This document shows positions 61,207 to 64,000 of a stretch of 64,000 bases of DNA, piece by piece. Below the pieces are notes generated by a model. It saw nothing but the letters and a program-made list of their open reading frames with translations, did not search any database and was not told where the DNA came from. The position numbers were made by a program, and so were the translations under genes. Source of the DNA: Anaerohalosphaeraceae bacterium (lineage in GTDB: Bacteria; Planctomycetota; Phycisphaerae; Sedimentisphaerales; Anaerohalosphaeraceae); contig JBNRMN010000034.1 of assembly GCA_050309605.1 (NCBI GenBank), forward strand, positions 96,001 to 160,000, in the 5' to 3' direction. The number at the start of each line of letters is the position of its first letter. Within the stretch, counting starts at the first letter, position 1.

Positions 61207-63417
61207 TTATTGACGAGAGTTTGGTTTGGGTTTCGAATTGGCCATAGCCGTCAGCAATTCGCGAAAATCGCCGACGGTATTCAGACGATATTGAGCGCGG
61301 GACGGCCCCGGACCAATCTTGCAGGTAAAGGCGTTTTCGGGCATAACAGCGAACATGTCCTCGTCGGTATAGTCATCGCCGGCGACAAAAATAAACGGCC
61401 ACTGCTGCCGACTGACCCAGGGCAAAACCGCCTGTCCTTTGTTGACGCCGATGTGTTTGACTTCGACGATTTTGGCCCCTTCGAAAACGCCGATATTCAG
61501 GTTGGCGGTCATCGCCATCAGAGCATCTTTCAGTTCCTGTGTACGCAGGTTGGCAAGATCCGGCTCGCTTTTGCGGCAGTGCCAGACCAGCGAGAATGTT
61601 TTTTCTTCGATAAACGCCCCGGGCGTGCGATCCACATACAGCTCGAGCATCGGACGGATGATCTCTTTCCACTCGTTGTCCGGTTTGACCTGGGCACTCC
61701 AGACGCCCGATTCGTCTCGCATATACGCTCCGTGTTCGGCGATTAACGTCATGTTCAGATTGCCGAACCACTGGGTCAGCGTATCCCGGTCGCGCCCGCT
61801 GATAATAATGACCGTATTGGACGGGTCGGCAATCAGTGAGCGCAGTGTCCCAAGCAGCGTTTTGTCGGGCATGGCATCTTCGGGCTGTTTGACATAGCGA
61901 ACCAGCGTTCCGTCATAGTCCAGCAGAATCAGACGCTGACCGGCGGCTTTGTATTCGCTGAGCAGTTTTTTGCGAATGGCGCCGGTCAGAGGGGCCGGGC
62001 CGTGAATGTGCTGCTTGGTCTTGACTTGATCGAGACTCTGAAGAAAATCGCCGGCCCATCGGGCAACGGTATAGCGGCGCAGACGTTCCTGCATCATTCG
62101 ATTGCGTTTGAGCCGTTCGGCTTGAGGCATCTCAAGGGCCTGTCGCAAGGCCGAGGCGATGGACTCCTTGTCGTGCGGGTTGATGACGATGGCCTCGGCC
62201 AATTCACTGGCGGCTCCGGCCATTTCGCTGAGAATCAATACACCCGGATGGTTTTTGTCCTGTTGACAGGCGACGAATTCCTTGGCCACCAGATTCATCC
62301 CGTCGCGCAGCGGAGTGATCAGGGCCACGTCGGCAACCGCATACAGCGCGGTCAATTTTTCAAACGGCAGCGACCGATACATATACGATATCGGCGTCCA
62401 GTCCAGTGTGCCGTATTCGCCGTTGATATGGCCGATAATTTGCTCGATTTGCTCGCGCAGTTCGTTATACACATCCACTTTGGTGCGCGACGGAACCGCC
62501 ACCACGACCAGCGACACCCTTTCGCGGTATTCAGGGTACTGACGCAAAAACCAGTCATACGCCTCAAGCCGCTTAAGAATGCCCTTGGTGTAATCAAGTC
62601 GATCCACCGAGATAATCATCCGTTGTCCGGCAGGATGATGAATCTTTTTGATTTCTTTGGTCACTTCGGGACGCCGGCTGCTCTCGGCAAAACGGTGATA
62701 ATCAATGCCCATCGGGAACGCATCGACCCGCACCAGACGGTTTTGCACCATCAACTGGCTCAAATGCGGCTCATAATCCGAGATGCGATAGACGCTGCTC
62801 AAAAAGTGACGGACATATTCGTATTCGTGAAAGCCCACCAAATCGGCGCCGAGTATGCCTTCCAGCAGTTCCCGCCGCCAGGGCAGCAGCCGCAGCAATT
62901 CAAACGACGGAAACGGAATATGCAGAAAAAAACCAATATGCGATTCGGGCCGTTTGGCGCGCAGCATTCCCGGCAGCAGCATCAACTGGTAATCGTGCAC
63001 CCAGATTTTGTCATCGGGCTTAATCTGCGGCGTGATTTCACGACAGAAATGCTCGTTGACTTTTTTATACGCCCGCCAGTAGGATTCGTCAAAGACGGTG
63101 TAATGGGAAAAGTAATGAAATAACGGCCAGATGGTGCGATTGGCAAACCCGAAGTAAAAATCGCGCACTTCGGCACTGGTAAGAAAGACGGGTTTGCAGC
63201 CGTGCTCTTGGACGCCTTTGGCGATTTGATGCTTGTGCTCGCTGCTGAGCCGGTCGGAGGCAATGCCCGGCCAGCCGAACCAGAGCCGCTGTTTCGGCTC
63301 TTCCAGCGAGGCGATACCGGTGGCGACACCGCCGACGCTCGGCTGAAACGACAAACTGTCGGCCTGTCGTGTGACACTGACCGGCAGCCGGTTAGATATG
63401 ATTAACAGTCTGCTCAT
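61207..63417 (-). CDS. bifunctional trehalose-6-phosphate synthase/phosphatase (OtsA-OtsB fusion)
   Basis: SNRLP, WVHDYQL, FLHIPFP, DRLDYTKG, DGMNLVAKE plus HAD LDYDGTL, GDDYTDEDMF. Confidence 0.96.
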   Translation of the reverse strand: MSRLLIISNRLPVSVTRQADSLSFQPSVGGVATGIASLEEPKQRLWFGWPGIASDRLSSEHKHQIAKGVQEHGCKPVFLTSAEVRDFYFGFANRTIWPLFHYFSHYTVFDESYWRAYKKVNEHFCREITPQIKPDDKIWVHDYQLMLLPGMLRAKRPESHIGFFLHIPFPSFELLRLLPWRRELLEGILGADLVGFHEYEYVRHFLSSVYRISDYEPHLSQLMVQNRLVRVDAFPMGIDYHRFAESSRRPEVTKEIKKIHHPAGQRMIISVDRLDYTKGILKRLEAYDWFLRQYPEYRERVSLVVVAVPSRTKVDVYNELREQIEQIIGHINGEYGTLDWTPISYMYRSLPFEKLTALYAVADVALITPLRDGMNLVAKEFVACQQDKNHPGVLILSEMAGAASELAEAIVINPHDKESIASALRQALEMPQAERLKRNRMMQERLRRYTVARWAGDFLQSLDQVKTKQHIHGPAPLTGAIRKKLLSEYKAAGQRLILLDYDGTLVRYVKQPEDAMPDKTLLGTLRSLIADPSNTVIIISGRDRDTLTQWFGNLNMTLIAEHGAYMRDESGVWSAQVKPDNEWKEIIRPMLELYVDRTPGAFIEEKTFSLVWHCRKSEPDLANLRTQELKDALMAMTANLNIGVFEGAKIVEVKHIGVNKGQAVLPWVSRQQWPFIFVAGDDYTDEDMFAVMPENAFTCKIGPGPSRAQYRLNTVGDFRELLTAMANSKPKPNSRQ

Positions 63418-63703
63418 TTCTGACCCAAAATTCAATTGTTCGCTTGATATGTCTTCTATTGTATGCAAAAGTGTACCTGATGCAAGGGGTTAGTCAATTT
63501 CTGGCCAAACGGGGATATTTTGAGGCGAAAATGGAGACAATTGTGCAGAAATAGGCAATGAGGGTTGTGGATACGGCGGCGTGTGGTATAATACGGACCG
63601 GCTTTTGTTGAAGGAAAATCGAGAAAACACCTTGGAATTGTGACGGAAGAACGAGTGAGTCGTTCAATAATAGGTAACTGTCCCTATTATAGGAGATAAG
63701 GCT

Positions 63704-64000
63704 ATGAGCAAAACGTTTATCAAGAAGTCGTTTCGATTAACCGCGATGATGGTTGTCTGGGCCGCATGTTATGCCGACAACCCGATTATTCAGACCAGTT
63801 TCACCGCCGACCCGGCCCCCTTGGTCTATAATGACACGGTGTATCTTTATACCACTCATGACGAAGATGTTTTGGTGAATAACTTCTTCACGATGAATGA
63901 CTGGCTTTGTTATTCGTCAACCGACATGGTCAACTGGACCGATCATGGCTCTCCGTTGTCGTATAAGGATTTCAGTTGGGCAAGCGGGGACGCCTGGGCG
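63704..64000 (+). CDS. glycoside hydrolase family 43, N-terminal part (runs off window)
   Basis: AGGAG RBS; signal peptide then [28 protein letters not shown]...[12 protein letters not shown]...WA. Confidence 0.88.
   Translation, partial: MSKTFIKKSFRLTAMMVVWAACYADNPIIQTSFTADPAPLVYNDTVYLYTTHDEDVLVNNFFTMNDWLCYSSTDMVNWTDHGSPLSYKDFSWASGDAWA

Overview
Bacterial chromosomal window with fairly high GC and an anaerobe-like gene content. The gene styles suggest a planctomycete (Phycisphaerae/Sedimentisphaerales-like); this is an inference, not tested. Left part: a partial PAS histidine kinase, a NarL regulator, tRNA-Pro(CGG), priA, an OmpR two-component system with an exported TPR/HEAT protein, mfd, dprA, several housekeeping genes (RluA, mntP, glyA, carboxynorspermidine dehydrogenase) and a TPP-riboswitch-controlled thiSGH followed by IS3 debris. 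Two sigma54 regulons dominate, and their cis-elements can be read directly from the DNA. (1) 25.2-36.0 kb: an expanded Orange-protein (ORP)-like metal-cluster operon (2 NifX-like proteins, Mrp-NifX fusion, 2 ferredoxin-MinD ATPases, DsrE, J-domain protein, DUF5320, DUF89, thioesterase, MBL hydrolase, pyruvoyl arginine decarboxylase, radical SAM) with an OrpR-like activator and TTGCA-N3-TGCAA-type sites. (2) 40-59 kb: a nitrogen-assimilation supercluster (LysR, gdhA, NifA-like GAF activator, porin, 2x amtB-glnK, GSIII, gltBD, nadE). Each of its three sigma54 promoters, and the activator's own promoter, carries a pair of ACA-W4-TGT palindromes 30-31 bp apart. The right end holds a trehalose TPS/TPP fusion, a GH15 and a partial GH43. 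No CRISPR array, rRNA or prophage was seen.
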